Position numbers and translations under genes: made by a program
Assembly (NCBI GenBank): GCA_051294375.1
Contig: CM119263.1
Location: 30,381,376 to 30,445,375, forward strand
Source: Paraspadella gotoi
Lineage: Eukaryota > Animalia > Chaetognatha
DNA length: 64,000 nucleotides
Direction of reading: 5' to 3'
Shown here: positions 11,741 to 24,115 of the stretch, piece after piece
How positions within the stretch are numbered: position 1 is the first letter of the stretch
How the letters are laid out: each line of letters starts with the position of its first letter
The notes under the pieces: generated by a model
Told to the model about the DNA's origin: nothing
What the model saw: the letters and a program-made list of their open reading frames with translations, nothing else
Database searches by the model: none

Positions 11741-14700
11741 ATGATCGAAACTCGTCGGCAAATCCAAGCCTCGTTCGGCTCCCGCGAAGTCGGATCCAAA
11801 AAGGCCTTTGTTTTCACGGAGACGCTTTTGGACATCGACGGTGAGTTGTGGCCCAAAAATTAATCACAGTGATTTTAAAGTCACGTTTCTCGGAAGGAGT
11901 GGCTTGTGTTAGAGGTGGAATGTCTCCATCACACAACAGACTTGATAACGGTGGATTAACAAGCCCGTAACGCTTATGCAAGAACCTCTTAGGCTTTGCT
12001 TAGTGTCGAAAAAGTATTATTGTTAAAAAATAGTAAAAAATAGGCATTTATTTACATTTCACCTTAGATTTAGGACTCTTAAGTTAACGAGTTCAACAAA
12101 TGTCCAAGTGGAATAGTTCTGTGTCCGTGAGAAAGTCCTAATAACTAAAATAGGAGTAAAACAAGAGGCCTTAACAGACATTAATTATTTAATGTCTGTG
12201 CATAATTATTAGATTTGGTTAAACCACTTTCATAAACTATTTAGTTCATAAATAAACAATGTACCGCTAATACTCTCCTCCCCCCCCCCTTTTAATAAAG
12301 AAAACGGTAACCTCAAATCTGAGTCCCTATCTTCTCTACTCGGCGAAACTTTTCCCGCGCATCGAACGATTCACGTCGATGAGACGGACGACGGGTTCGT
12401 CCTCTTCGTCGCCCGAAGATCGAGCCAAGAATTTTATCGAATGAGAATTTGGGAAAATCGATTCAAGATCGAGAGAGAAGAGGATCGAAAATCTTTCTCG
12501 GACGCGATGAGGAAGCGTTTGGAGGAAGCGAAAGAGGAGAGGCCGAGAAAAGTGTTGGTGAGATGAGATTTTTGGGATTGAGAGATTTTTGATGAGTAGA
12601 TTTGTAGCAGATTAATTTGTGGATTATCTCAAATGAGATTGAGTTCCTCAATCTCATTTGCATATTGTCGTATTCTGATTAAGCTTTGATAAATTGATTG
12701 GTTTTTTAATTTAATGAAGAATTGACTAATGAGCCTATTGATGTATTGGCTGATGAACGAATAATGGTACGGCTGATTGAATGATTGATTGGTGAAATGT
12801 CTGATTGACGAAAGTGGAAAGGCTGAATTTCTTTGCCAAAGCAGATGACCAAAAAAAAAATTATTGTTATTATCTCTTTATTTAGAGGAGCATCATTCCT
12901 CCACCGGAGGAATTAATTGAATTAATTAGTCTTATTTTCAAAGTGATTAATTGAATAATTGGTTGTTTAATTGAGTGTTTGACGGATTATTTAACTAATA
13001 GGTCAACTCATTGATTGTTTTCTAATGTTTCGAGGTGATCATCAACCCTGCGGCTGGATGGGGTCACGGCGTCAAAAATTATCGTCGCTACATCGAACCA
13101 GTTTTCAAAGTCGCGGGAGTGGTGGCGAAGCTGGTCACGTCGAAGAGCAAACTGGACGTAGACGTTATTATCCAAAATGAAAACTTGGAAGGTGATTGAC
13201 TGTAAGATTGATTTATTGACAGATTAATATATTAATCCACGAATTCAATTAATAATTGATTGATTTATTTATTGATTAATTAATCTATTGAGTGATTAAA
13301 TAATTTTTTAAATATTTATATCTATTAATTCTGTCATTGTTTTATTAAGTTATATCGTAATGAACGCAGTTGAGATTAAATTTAAGTTGAATATCAATTA
13401 TTTTTACAATATTTAATTATATATACTACTCAGAAAATGAACTTAATCTTTCTTTCTAGACTACGACAGTCTTCTTATCGGGGGCGGCGACGGTAGCGTC
13501 TCCCAAGTTTTGAACGCGGTGGTGAAGAAAAAAAACCAAAGCGACTTGAACAAAGAAAATCCTAGACTTGAAGACATCGGGATGAAAATTGGGATTTTGC
13601 CGGTGAACATTGAGGATTTTTTGTTTGTTTTTTGTTTTAAATAAATTTGTAAACCTTACTTGGTCAGTGCGGTTCCGGTAACGGAACGGGCATCACCATA
13701 CATTTTACTACTGACTGGACCTCCATTGCCATAAACATAGTTTTGGGTCACACATTGAAAATGGACCTCATGACCGCGCACGATATGGATGACGATTTCA
13801 AGTTCATTTCAGTGGCTCATCTTCTTGCAGGTTTTATATTACGAAGAGGCAAGGAAATGAAAGTTTTTAGCCAAATCTGCTGACAGCAGATTCCGGCTCT
13901 ATAATGCACTTTGTCGGTCCGTCGGTGCCATCCTAAAATCTTATTGGTAAGTCAGAACATCCATGTCTGTCTGTCTATTCGTCACTCCGTCTGTGCCCCC
14001 AATTATTCATGAGTGGATTGGGCGATTTATTTGTGAGTAAAGAAGTGTGTGATTGAGCTGGAAATATAGTTTCGATGGAATCGTCTGAGTGAAAATGAGT
14101 TTAAATGGAAAAAATAAAAAAATTGTTCCATTATTTGATTATGCTTTTTTATATTAAATGTAAATGCAAGTTGCAAAAATTAATTCATAAATTAATTAGC
14201 TAATTAATTATTTAATTGTTATCTGATTAGCTGCTTCCCGCTAATGATCGTCGACGGTCAGACATTGTTTGTTCAAACTTGTTCACAAACAACGATTGTT
14301 TTATTGAAATAAAACATACGTCCATGTTTCGTCTCTTATTCTCCTTATAAGCGAATATTTATTTACCTTAAGTTTATTTTTCGCTGATGAAGGCTTGCAA
14401 TTGGAGCTATAACAAAAAGAATATAAAAGCAAAAAAATTTTTTTTAAAGTTAATTAAAAAATAAAGTTTTATAATTCCTAAATTTAATCATAAACAATTT
14501 TTAGACATAGTATCAATAGACTAAAAAAAATCCTTGACCTCTACAGGGTTTCTCTCAATGACTGCGGTGGGAGAAAAGGTGGAGCGATACAGGTTCCTCG
14601 GTCCGATTCGCTACATGATTTACTTCATCTACATCATTCGAGGTCTAATCCCCATCAACGTGAAGGGGATCTCTGTCCGTGAACCAGATGGAATGAAGAT

Positions 14701-16356
14701 GGACGAAAAAAGGTCGTGTCTCACGGAGGAGACTGAAGGTGATGTTGCTGCTTAGACGTGTAATGTTGCTGCGGAAAGGAGCGTCGTTGAGACATGTGAT
14801 GTTGCTGTCTAAAGGGTCGTTGTTGAGACGTGATGTTGCTGTTGAAAGAGTCGTCACTGAGGGAGATGTGATGTTGCTGTGTAAAAGGTCGACTCTGTGG
14901 AAGAGGTCATGTTGCTGTGGAAAGGGTCGTCGCTTAGACGTTTGGTATTGCTGTGAAGAGGGTCGTCAATGAATGAGATGTGATATTGCGACGTGTGATT
15001 ACAAGTTAAAAGTTTATCCCGAACTACCGCACGTCTATTATGTACATACGTAACGTAAAACACAAAAAAGAAATTTTAAACATACTGAAATAAAAAATGT
15101 CACATAATTTATACAAATAAATAAAAAATATTAAATATACCAATTTAAAAGACGACAAATGGTTTGGGGAAAGTAAACTAGACGTAAAAAGAGACTTGAT
15201 TTCTTTCCAAGGTCTTCCTCAACTTGCTATGAAAGCTTTTCTATAAAAAAATGCAATCTTAATATATTTTCTATACCAATTTCTAATAAACGAACCGCAT
15301 TTGATAACAAATTATCTTCATTGTCCCTGATTTCTTCAGTTGGTCTCCTGCCCTGCACCATCTGCCAGACTTCGTCTCACGGTTCCAACGCCGGCCAATG
15401 GACGCCGCTTCCAGAAAAATTTCTCGGCGCCAAAGAGATGGCTGCGGCGTTGAACGTGAAATCAACGCCGCTCGTGGACATACGTGACTCTCGTTGGGAT
15501 TCTTTGCATCACGGAGAAGGCGTGGATATGGTCTTCTGTGAAACGGCCGAGTGAGTTGGTGAAACATTGCAGGAAAAGTTGTTTGGTAAAATAAGGATAA
15601 TAATAAACTCGGTATAATAATCTTTTAATCACTAGAAGAAATATTTTGTTATTCTAGGAAAGATCCTGATACCGCATTGATGAGTGACAAATAGAAGTAC
15701 AATCATAAGTCTTCAACAACTTTACTTATTTCCAAATACTGCAATATGCAAATGACATTGAAGAACTTGTAATTCATTCAGTAAACAATTATCTTACCTC
15801 CTTTAGACCTACCGTGACCTACTGTTAAGGTGGACTTTATATCTAACTATGAATACATATTAGCAATATCCATAACGATCTATTCAACAGTCGCGTCTTA
15901 AGTGACTACTTGAAACTCGTTGCAATGTGGTACCCGAATCACGCTCAGAGCAGAATGGCGCAGGAGCCAAATTGTTGCAGAAGATTTTTCACGGAAATGA
16001 AAATGGAATTGGATCCCGAGTCGCTTCCCATTTGCGTCAATGTAGACGGAGAAGTGTTCCAAAAAATGAGAAACCTTTACTTAAAGGTTAGATTTATATA
16101 CATTCAGGTATAATGTATTGAAATCTAATAAAGAACTTGTTAAAATTTTTGATTCAAGGTTCACCCAAGATGCATGGAGATTTACGGAGCGGGAGAGATC
16201 GCTGGGCATCCCAATGCCGAAGGGCGAATCTCCAAGCACGCTGTCAGGGCCGTTCTGATTGTTGTTGGGATCATTTTACTGCTTGTTTTTCTGTTAATCT
16301 TAACTTTGATTGTCGCGGGAATTGCTTTCCTCATAAAATTTTTGATTAATCTTTGA
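11741..16356 (+). CDS. Ceramide-kinase-like lipid kinase, copy 2
   Basis: MIETRRQ start; RPRKVLVIINPAAGWGHG, GGGDGS, GILPCGSGN, RFLGPIRY, CTIC, VNVDGE; terminal TM segment AVLIVVGIILLLVFLLILTLIVAGIAFLIKF. Confidence 0.85.
14739..14990. repeat. About 36-bp minisatellite starting at an intron donor
   Basis: About 7 units of GTGATGTTGCTG..AAAGGGTCGTC..GAGAC. Confidence 0.85.
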
Positions 16357-16484
16357 CTTGATGAAAGATGAATTGACTTCTTTGTACCCAAAATTTTTTG
16401 CAGATAATTTTTATTTGGATTGAATATCTTTTTATTGACTAATTTTTACTAAGAAATTTTGAAGAATTTGAAACAACTACCAAA

Positions 16485-18994
16485 ATGAATGAAACTTTGA
16501 TAAATATTCCAGCATCCTTTGCGTCGAGATTACATGGATCTAAGCATAATTTTATATACAGAAACACCGTTTTGGACATTAACGGTAATTAATAGCATTA
16601 TAGATTACTGGTTTCAATATTTGATTATTATTAACTATTTTTTTAGACAATGGAAGCATTAAAACAGAAGCCCCCAACACTCTGTTGGGAGAGACTTTGC
16701 CAATTTCAAAGACAATTTCATTGGAAGAGAAAGATGATGGATTTCTTATTCTTCACGCAAAAAGATCAAAAAACGAATTTTATGAGATGAGAATTTGGGA
16801 AACGAATTTCAAAATCGAAGAGGAAGAGAAGAGAAGAAAAATCATTGATTTTCTTCAAAGAAAAATCAGCGAACAACGAGAGGATCGACCTAAGAAACTT
16901 ATGGTTAAATTTTTGCAAACATACAATTTAAGTAAAGCAGATTTCAACAGTTGTAGGTTCACTGAATTGTTCTTATTTTATAATTAAAAAGGAAGGAACA
17001 AGTGAAACTTAGATAATCTCAGATGAAACTATAATACATAATTATGTCAAAAGAAAATTCTTGTTAATCCCTTGTGTTATTATCTCAATCCACTTCTAAC
17101 CCAGGGTTTTTCTATCAGGTTCTTATCAACCCAGCTGCAGGGTGGGGAAGGGGGATGAAGACATACTATCGATTTGTAGCTCCAGTTTTTGCCATCACTG
17201 ATGTAGAAACAAAAGTTATGATATCCAGAAGCAGAGAAGATATCACTCTTCTCATTAACACTCATGATATTAATGGTGAGCTGAAACTATTTTGAACCAT
17301 ATTGAATTTCAGATTTTAATAATTACTTAATATAAACTAATAAAAATTAATAGTTAACTGTATAATAAAATAAATTTTTTGTTATTTACAAGAATATGAT
17401 GGACTTTTAATTGGAGGAGGAGATGGTACGATCAATCAAGTTCTTAATGCAATTGTCAAAAAAATCAACTGTTCAGAGATGATGGATAGAGAAGACCCAA
17501 GACCAGTCAAACCAAATATTACCTTAGGTTTTTTACCAGTGAGGAAATAACTAATTAAAATTTTTAAAAAATTATTTTAAAAGAACATTTTAACAAGATT
17601 GTAAAGATTTTAAAATAAATTTTAAAACAAAACTCATTTTTTTTAGTTTGGGTCTGGTAATTCTACACCTATTTTTTTTTCAATGTCCTTTGACATCACA
17701 ACAATAGCCATTAACTGTGCTTTGGGCCTCAAACGTAAAATGGACTTGTTGACTGTTCATGACATGGACCATGAGTTCAAATTCTTGACTGTCTCTCATT
17801 TAGTTGCAGGTATAATTTTTTTATTACCTCATAATTCTTTTAGCTAAGCAAACCAAAAAAACTTTTAAAAGTAAATTCAATGTACTGCTTGGGCGCTTGG
17901 CAGGTTTTATGTCCCTGACAAGCGGGGTAAGGAAAGCGGAACGCTATCGTATTTTGGGTCCACTTCGATATTTGCTTCTTTTTGTCTCTTGTATCCGAGG
18001 TTTGCCAAAAGTCAATGTCCATAAAATGGAAGTCAGAATGCCAGAAAAACAAGATTTGATGTGCGAAAGCAATTGTGTTGTCAATGAGCATGAAGGTGAG
18101 ATATAAGAATTCCAAATTATTTACCAATGACTGTGATTCTAATAATGTAAAATTTTGAGAATAACAGATGGCCTTAGTGCCTGCCATGTTTGTTCACACT
18201 CTGCGCCTTCTCTTGGTCCATGGACAATACTTCCTGAAAAATTCCTTGGTGTGAAAGGAATGGCGTCTGGGTTAAACTTTCGGATGGGGACTATGGCAGA
18301 TTGTCAAGACCCTCGTTTTGCTGATTGTCATTTAGGAAATGGAGTTTGGGCATTACTTGCAGAAAACGAGTAAGATTATTTGTATTTTTAGTTTTAAGCA
18401 TTTGTTCAAATACTTCTTCTTTATAAACAGAAACATTGGAAGTCCGTTTGTAAAATTTGTAAAAATGACTTTTCTAACTTTAAGGCGTAGCATGTGGAGC
18501 TATTTCAAAATGATGTACATTTGGTATCAAAATTATGGTGACAGTCAAATGTCCCAAGAGCCAGATTTTTGCAAATGTCTCTGCTCAGAGATGAAGATCA
18601 AATTGGATCCTGATTCAGAAGCATTCCCTGTGAATGCCGATGGGGAATTTTACTCAACTTCTCTAAACCTTTATTTAAAGGTAAAAAACATAATTTGGAC
18701 AATTGGTTTAAATAAGGTTGCTAGAATGTCATATTTCCAACTTTTTAAGCTATAATAAGAGCAATTTATTATTTATTATGAAAAAATGAAATCCCTTCCT
18801 TATTTTAGGTACATAAAAGTTTTTTGGATGTTTATGGAACTGGAGAGATTGAAGGTCATCCCAATGCTTCCCATTCAATCTCCAAGCATGCCATCAGGGG
18901 CTTTTTAATTATTCTAATTTTAGTTTTATTGTTTTTGATAATTCTGATTTTAATCGGAATTGGTTTTTTTATAAAATTTCTTGTTCATGTTTGA
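16485..18994 (+). CDS. Ceramide-kinase-like lipid kinase, copy 3 (AT-rich codon usage)
   Basis: MNETLIN start; RPKKLMVLINPAAGWGRG, GGGDGT, GFLPFGSGN, RILGPLRY, CHVC, VNADGE; terminal TM segment; same intron positions as copies 2 and 4. Confidence 0.85.
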
Positions 18995-19301
18995 ATTTAT
19001 ATTTTGAGATTATGCCAAATTTATGTTCATAATTTGTTTATACAACTTACATTGATTACATTAATATATTGATACACTAATTTAAAAAAATATTACCTAC
19101 ATGATTAATGGTCTATTAATATTAGTGATGTTTAAACAATTTTAATTGTGCCTATTTATAATTATAATCTTAATACTGATGTCTTTATGAAGTTTATTGT
19201 CTAACTAATCAACTAAAAACTGAGATTGTAATATAATTATTTCAGAATTTGTTATTTTCAAATAAATTTTGTTTTTGCAAATCAGTTCTGCTCCACAAAG
19301 A

Positions 19302-22276
19302 ATGCAGGAATTACCTAAATGTATAGTCGCTTTATATGGTTCAAAATTACAAGGCTCAAAGAAAAATTGTGTATACAGGAATACTATTTTAGATATACTT
19401 GGTAAGTCATTACCAATTTTTTGAGACTTACATAAAACAACCTGTTCTAAACATTCGGCTATTTTGTCAAAAAAACATCAGTTTGTGATGGAGATGAATT
19501 AATGCTAAATTAATGCTAAATTAATTTTAAATTAATTATTTTTTTTTAATTTCAAATTCTCAAAAAAAATTTTTATAACCCTCAGAAAATGGCAGCATTA
19601 AAACAGAAGCCCCCAACACTCTGTTGGGAGAGACTTTGCCAATTTCAAAGACAATTTCATTGGAAGAGAAAGATGATGGATTTCTGCTTCTTCACGCAAA
19701 AAGATCAAAAGACGAATTTTACGAGATGAGAATTTGGGAAACGAATTTCAAAATCGAAGATGAGAGAGAGAAGAAAAATCATTGATTTTCTTCAAAGAAA
19801 AATCAGCGAACAACGAGAGGAACGACCAAAGAAACTTATGGTTATACAAATTACATTTTGAAATAAAAGTAAAATAACACTCATATTATTTATCTTTCAA
19901 TTTAGCTTTATTTTCAATTGAAAATTTTAAGCAAGTACATACACTAATTTCCTAGTTAAAGACTAGACACATTCTCTGTCATGTGTCCTCTGCTTGATTG
20001 AATTTAGTTCTACACCAAGCTAACGTTAAGCTAACGTCAGGTTCTCATCAACCCGGCGTCGGGATGGGGGCGTGGTCCCAAAATCTACAGCAGCCGGGTC
20101 GCTCCGGTTTTTGCGGCGGCTGCTGTCGAAGCAAAGGTCATCGTCTCCAAAAGCCGAGAGGATGTTAACGACATAATCATGGCAAACGATTTGAAAGGTA
20201 TAATTAACCCATTAATAATGTGATAATTAAAACGCGGTAATGATTTTCGTTTGGCTACGATGTAAGACTACGACGGCCTCTTGGTCGGCGGAGGCGACGG
20301 CAGCGTCGTCCAAATACTCAACGCCCTCGTCAAGAAATCCAACGCTGACGAGACGCTGGACCGAGAAGACCCGAACCTCAACAAATTCGACGTGGCCATA
20401 GGGATTCTGCCAGTGAGCGGGATACGATAATCAACTATATTACTAATTACTAAGTTAACAAAATTGAACCCACGCCCGTTTTCAAGTTCGGTTCCGGAAA
20501 CGCGACTGCGATTTTAATGTCTCGAAGTCTGGATGTGACGACCATCGCCATCAACTTTGTTTTAGGCTTCAAACGGAAAATGGATTTAATGACGATTCAC
20601 GATTTAGATCGAGGATTTAAATTCGTTACCAGTTCTCACTATTTTTCAGGTCAGGCATAAAGGATGAACTGTGAGCTAAAAAATTACGAGGGCGCTCTAT
20701 AGCTAATCAGTTGAAATGGGTTATAAATGTATGCTTTAACGTTTTTATAAATTTCACATTTCATCCACCTTAGTTACTGTGTTAGAGAGTTTCTCCTCTG
20801 GTGACTAGAATTGACCTCAGTCACAAAGATCCCTTTCATTGAACTACAGTGGAACCTCGATCGTCGTCGTATTCGCTACTACAATAATTAATTAGTACCC
20901 ACTTTCACTGCCGTTTAAACACAACAACCGATTAAACGTGATTCTGCAGGATTCATGGCCTTGATGAACGAATCGGTCAAAGTGGACCGGCATCGCTATT
21001 TGGGTCCACTTCGCTATCTGCTCATCTTTGCATCTTGCATCCGGGGTTTGCCCAACGTCAACGTTGAAAAGATCGAGACGAGGTCACCTCAAGGAGAAGA
21101 GATGACGGGTCGACGCGGTTGTGTGGTCTACGAAAACGAAGGTCAGATTCACGGGTCGAAATGAAATTTGTGTCCAGAGAGGACAGTGTAACAGTGTATA
21201 ATCAGGGTAACCATTCTCATGCAGATATACCACCCTGTTAATAACAGTGTTATAACAGTAACTGTTTATAGCATCGCAGAATATCAAAATTGCACGATCA
21301 AAGAAATAATACTTTCTATTTTCTATGAAGTAATATCTTTTGTCAGTTCAGTTGTCAGAAAAAACTTTCCACGAACAAATTAACAGATGGCGTAGTTGCC
21401 TGCGACATTTGTGCCGCTCCCACGCCCCCTGTCGGCGCTTGGACGCCGCTTCCGGCCAAATTTCTCGGCGCCAAGGGACTAGCGATGGCGATGAACCTTC
21501 GAGCGGCGAACATGGCCAATTGCGAAGACCCGCGATTTGTGGATTTGCATTTGAGCGACGGCGTTTGCGCAGTCTTCACGGAATGCCAGTAAAAGAAACA
21601 TTAAATATAAATAAAGAATAAAATAAATATTAAACGAAATGTTCTTTTTATAAATTAATGAATTAAACAGCAACGAATCTTCACGAAAGCTTCTCCCTGA
21701 CATTTGAAACATTATCGAACTTTTTTTAATTCCCCATCTTCTTTCAGGCGAAGTTTTTGGAGTTGGTACAAAATGCTGAACGTGTGGTATCCTAATTACG
21801 GAGAGAGCAGAATGTCGAGGGAACCGCAACTCTGCAAACATCTTTGCTCCGAGATGAAGATCGAGTTGGATGACGACTCTGATGGACTTTATATTATGGC
21901 GGATGGAGAGAATTTTCATGTGGCGAAAAAAATTTATGTAAAAGTAAATATTCCTTAAATCCATATTTAAAATACAGAGTAATAAATTCATTTGAATTTT
22001 AGCTTGGTTATTGGTTAATGACCCGAAAGACCTGCGTATATTTCCATTTCTTAGCTATTAAATAAATATAATAATGATTTTCTAATTAAGGTTCATCGCG
22101 GTGTCATGGACGTCTTCGGAACCGGAGAAATCGAAGGCCACTCGAACGTGACACGTGGCTTTACCAAACATCACCTCAGGGGAGCACTGATTGGGCTGCC
22201 CATAGTTTTGTTGTTATTCTTTATTTTGCTCTTAATTGGAATCGCATTTTTTATCAAATTTTTAATTTTTCTATGA
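19302..22276 (+). CDS. Ceramide-kinase-like lipid kinase, copy 4; apparent 2-bp frameshift in exon 2 (pseudogene or assembly error)
   Basis: MQELPKC start; VLINPASGWGRG, GGGDGS, GILPFGSGN, RYLGPLRY, CDIC, MADGE; terminal TM segment. At about 19761 an AG repeat is 2 nt shorter than in copy 3, giving a premature TGA. Confidence 0.75.
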
Positions 22277-22589
22277 ACTTGTTTTAGTTTTACATATGTA
22301 CCTTAAAGTTATTTTACCTGTTGAAATTAATATTTTTATTATTACTATTTTTTGTTCATTACCGGTTTAAGTTGTAAAAGGAAATATAAAATTAAAAATA
22401 TTTTTTTGTTAGTTTAATTTCTAGAAAATTGTCGAATAATAGCGACTTTAGCTAATAAAAAAAATCTTAAAAGTATAGTGATCTCGCCAGACATTATCAA
22501 AGAAAATTTTCGAGAAAATCTAAAAATCACAATAATCCATCGCTCATTATTTATCAAAAAAAAAAAGATTGACTCAATAATAATGAATT

Positions 22590-23100
22590 ATTAATATATG
22601 CGATGACAATGAATGATTGATTGATTGATATGATCATAATGAATGATTGTTGCAATGAAAACAAATTATTAATTTAAACAATAATAAGTTATTAATTTAT
22701 GTTATACCAATTAATGATTGATTGATTAGATAATGAATAATTGATTGATACGATGATAACAAATAATACGATAATAACAAATGATTGATTGATGGGATAA
22801 TAATAAATGTTTGAAGTGATGATAACAAATGTTTGATACAATGATAACAAATGATTAATGCGATGATAACAAATGATTAATACGATGATAACAAATGATT
22901 GATATGATGATAACAAATGATTTATGCGATGGTAATAAATTATTGAGGCAATGATAATGAATTATTGATTCAATAATAAAAAAATATTAATTCAATAATA
23001 AAAAATTATTGATGCAATGACAATGAATTATCGATGCAATAATAATAAATTATCAAGGCAATGATAACAAATTATTGATGTGATAATAAGGAATCATTGA
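22590..23100. repeat. Minisatellite with unit approximately ATGATAACAAATGATTGAT
   Basis: Many degenerate tandem units; the same unit occurs in reverse complement at 7971-8045. Confidence 0.85.
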
Positions 23101-23638
23101 TAGGAAAATGTATAAAAAATACAATCCATAAATAAAATAAAATGAAATGAAATGAATGAAGTAAATTGAATAAAATAAATTGATTAAATAGAATTAATAG
23201 AATGAATGAATTATATTTAAATTGATTTAATTGAAATAAAAGAATTGAGATAAATTACATAGAATAAATAAATTTAAAAATAAAAACTGAACTAAATTGA
23301 ATAAATTAAATGAATAAATGATGGAAAGATAAAAAGATAAAAAAAGAGAAAGAACAAGGGGAAGAAAAAAAACGAGATAAAAACTGGTTTGCGATGGTAA
23401 AATAATAACATGCTTAATATCACAAGGTCAATCCTGAAAACTTTTTTTTAAAGAGAGAGAGAGAAAGAGAAAAAAAAGAGAGAGAGAAAGAGAAAAAAAA
23501 GAGAGAGAGAAAAAAGAGAGAGAAAAAAAAAAGAGAAAAGGAAAAAAAAGAATCCAGCCGCTTAAGTAAAGCTTAACTCGTTTTTGGACGAATTATAAAA
23601 AACAATTGGAAAAATGGGAAGGAACTATATACTAATTA

Positions 23639-23766
23639 ATATGAAATTGGTACAACCAATATAAAAATTATCCATTCATTTAATAAATAAGCTATCTTGC
23701 CCCTGACTTTGGACAGGCTTTGGTGGTTTAAGGCCTCCATCACTCTTACAAGATAATGACATAGCA
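23639..23766 (+). repeat. Dispersed repeat family C
   Basis: Near-identical reverse complement at 30648-30775; diverged piece at about 34440-34505. Confidence 0.8.
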
Positions 23767-24115
23767 TATATTATAATTAATTATAATAAGAAGGAATTAA
23801 AAAAAATACCTTTATCAATATTAAAAATGTTACTTTAAAAGATCTTGAAAATGAAAAGCCATATCTAAATTTTTAGCTTTTTACATATACAGATTTTTAA
23901 AATATCCAATAGTAAAAAAGTATAACTACTTGCGAAAGACGGGCCTAGACTCGTCTGCCGAGATAAAGCGTTCGAATTTCGTAGCAAGTACAGTTTACTT
24001 TAAAGTTTAGTCTAAACTGATCTCCCTCAATCAAGCAACAAGCCAGGATTGTTTTTCACTTTATTTTTTTGTAACAACTAACAACAAAAACTTAGTCAAC
24101 AATAAATGAACTCCT

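Noticed and set aside
14383-14412. Hammerhead ribozyme (CTGATGA..)
   Set aside because: No GAAA core after the stem
14739-14990. CRISPR-like regularly spaced repeats
   Set aside because: Eukaryotic intron; units are degenerate tandem copies without unique spacers, and there are no cas genes
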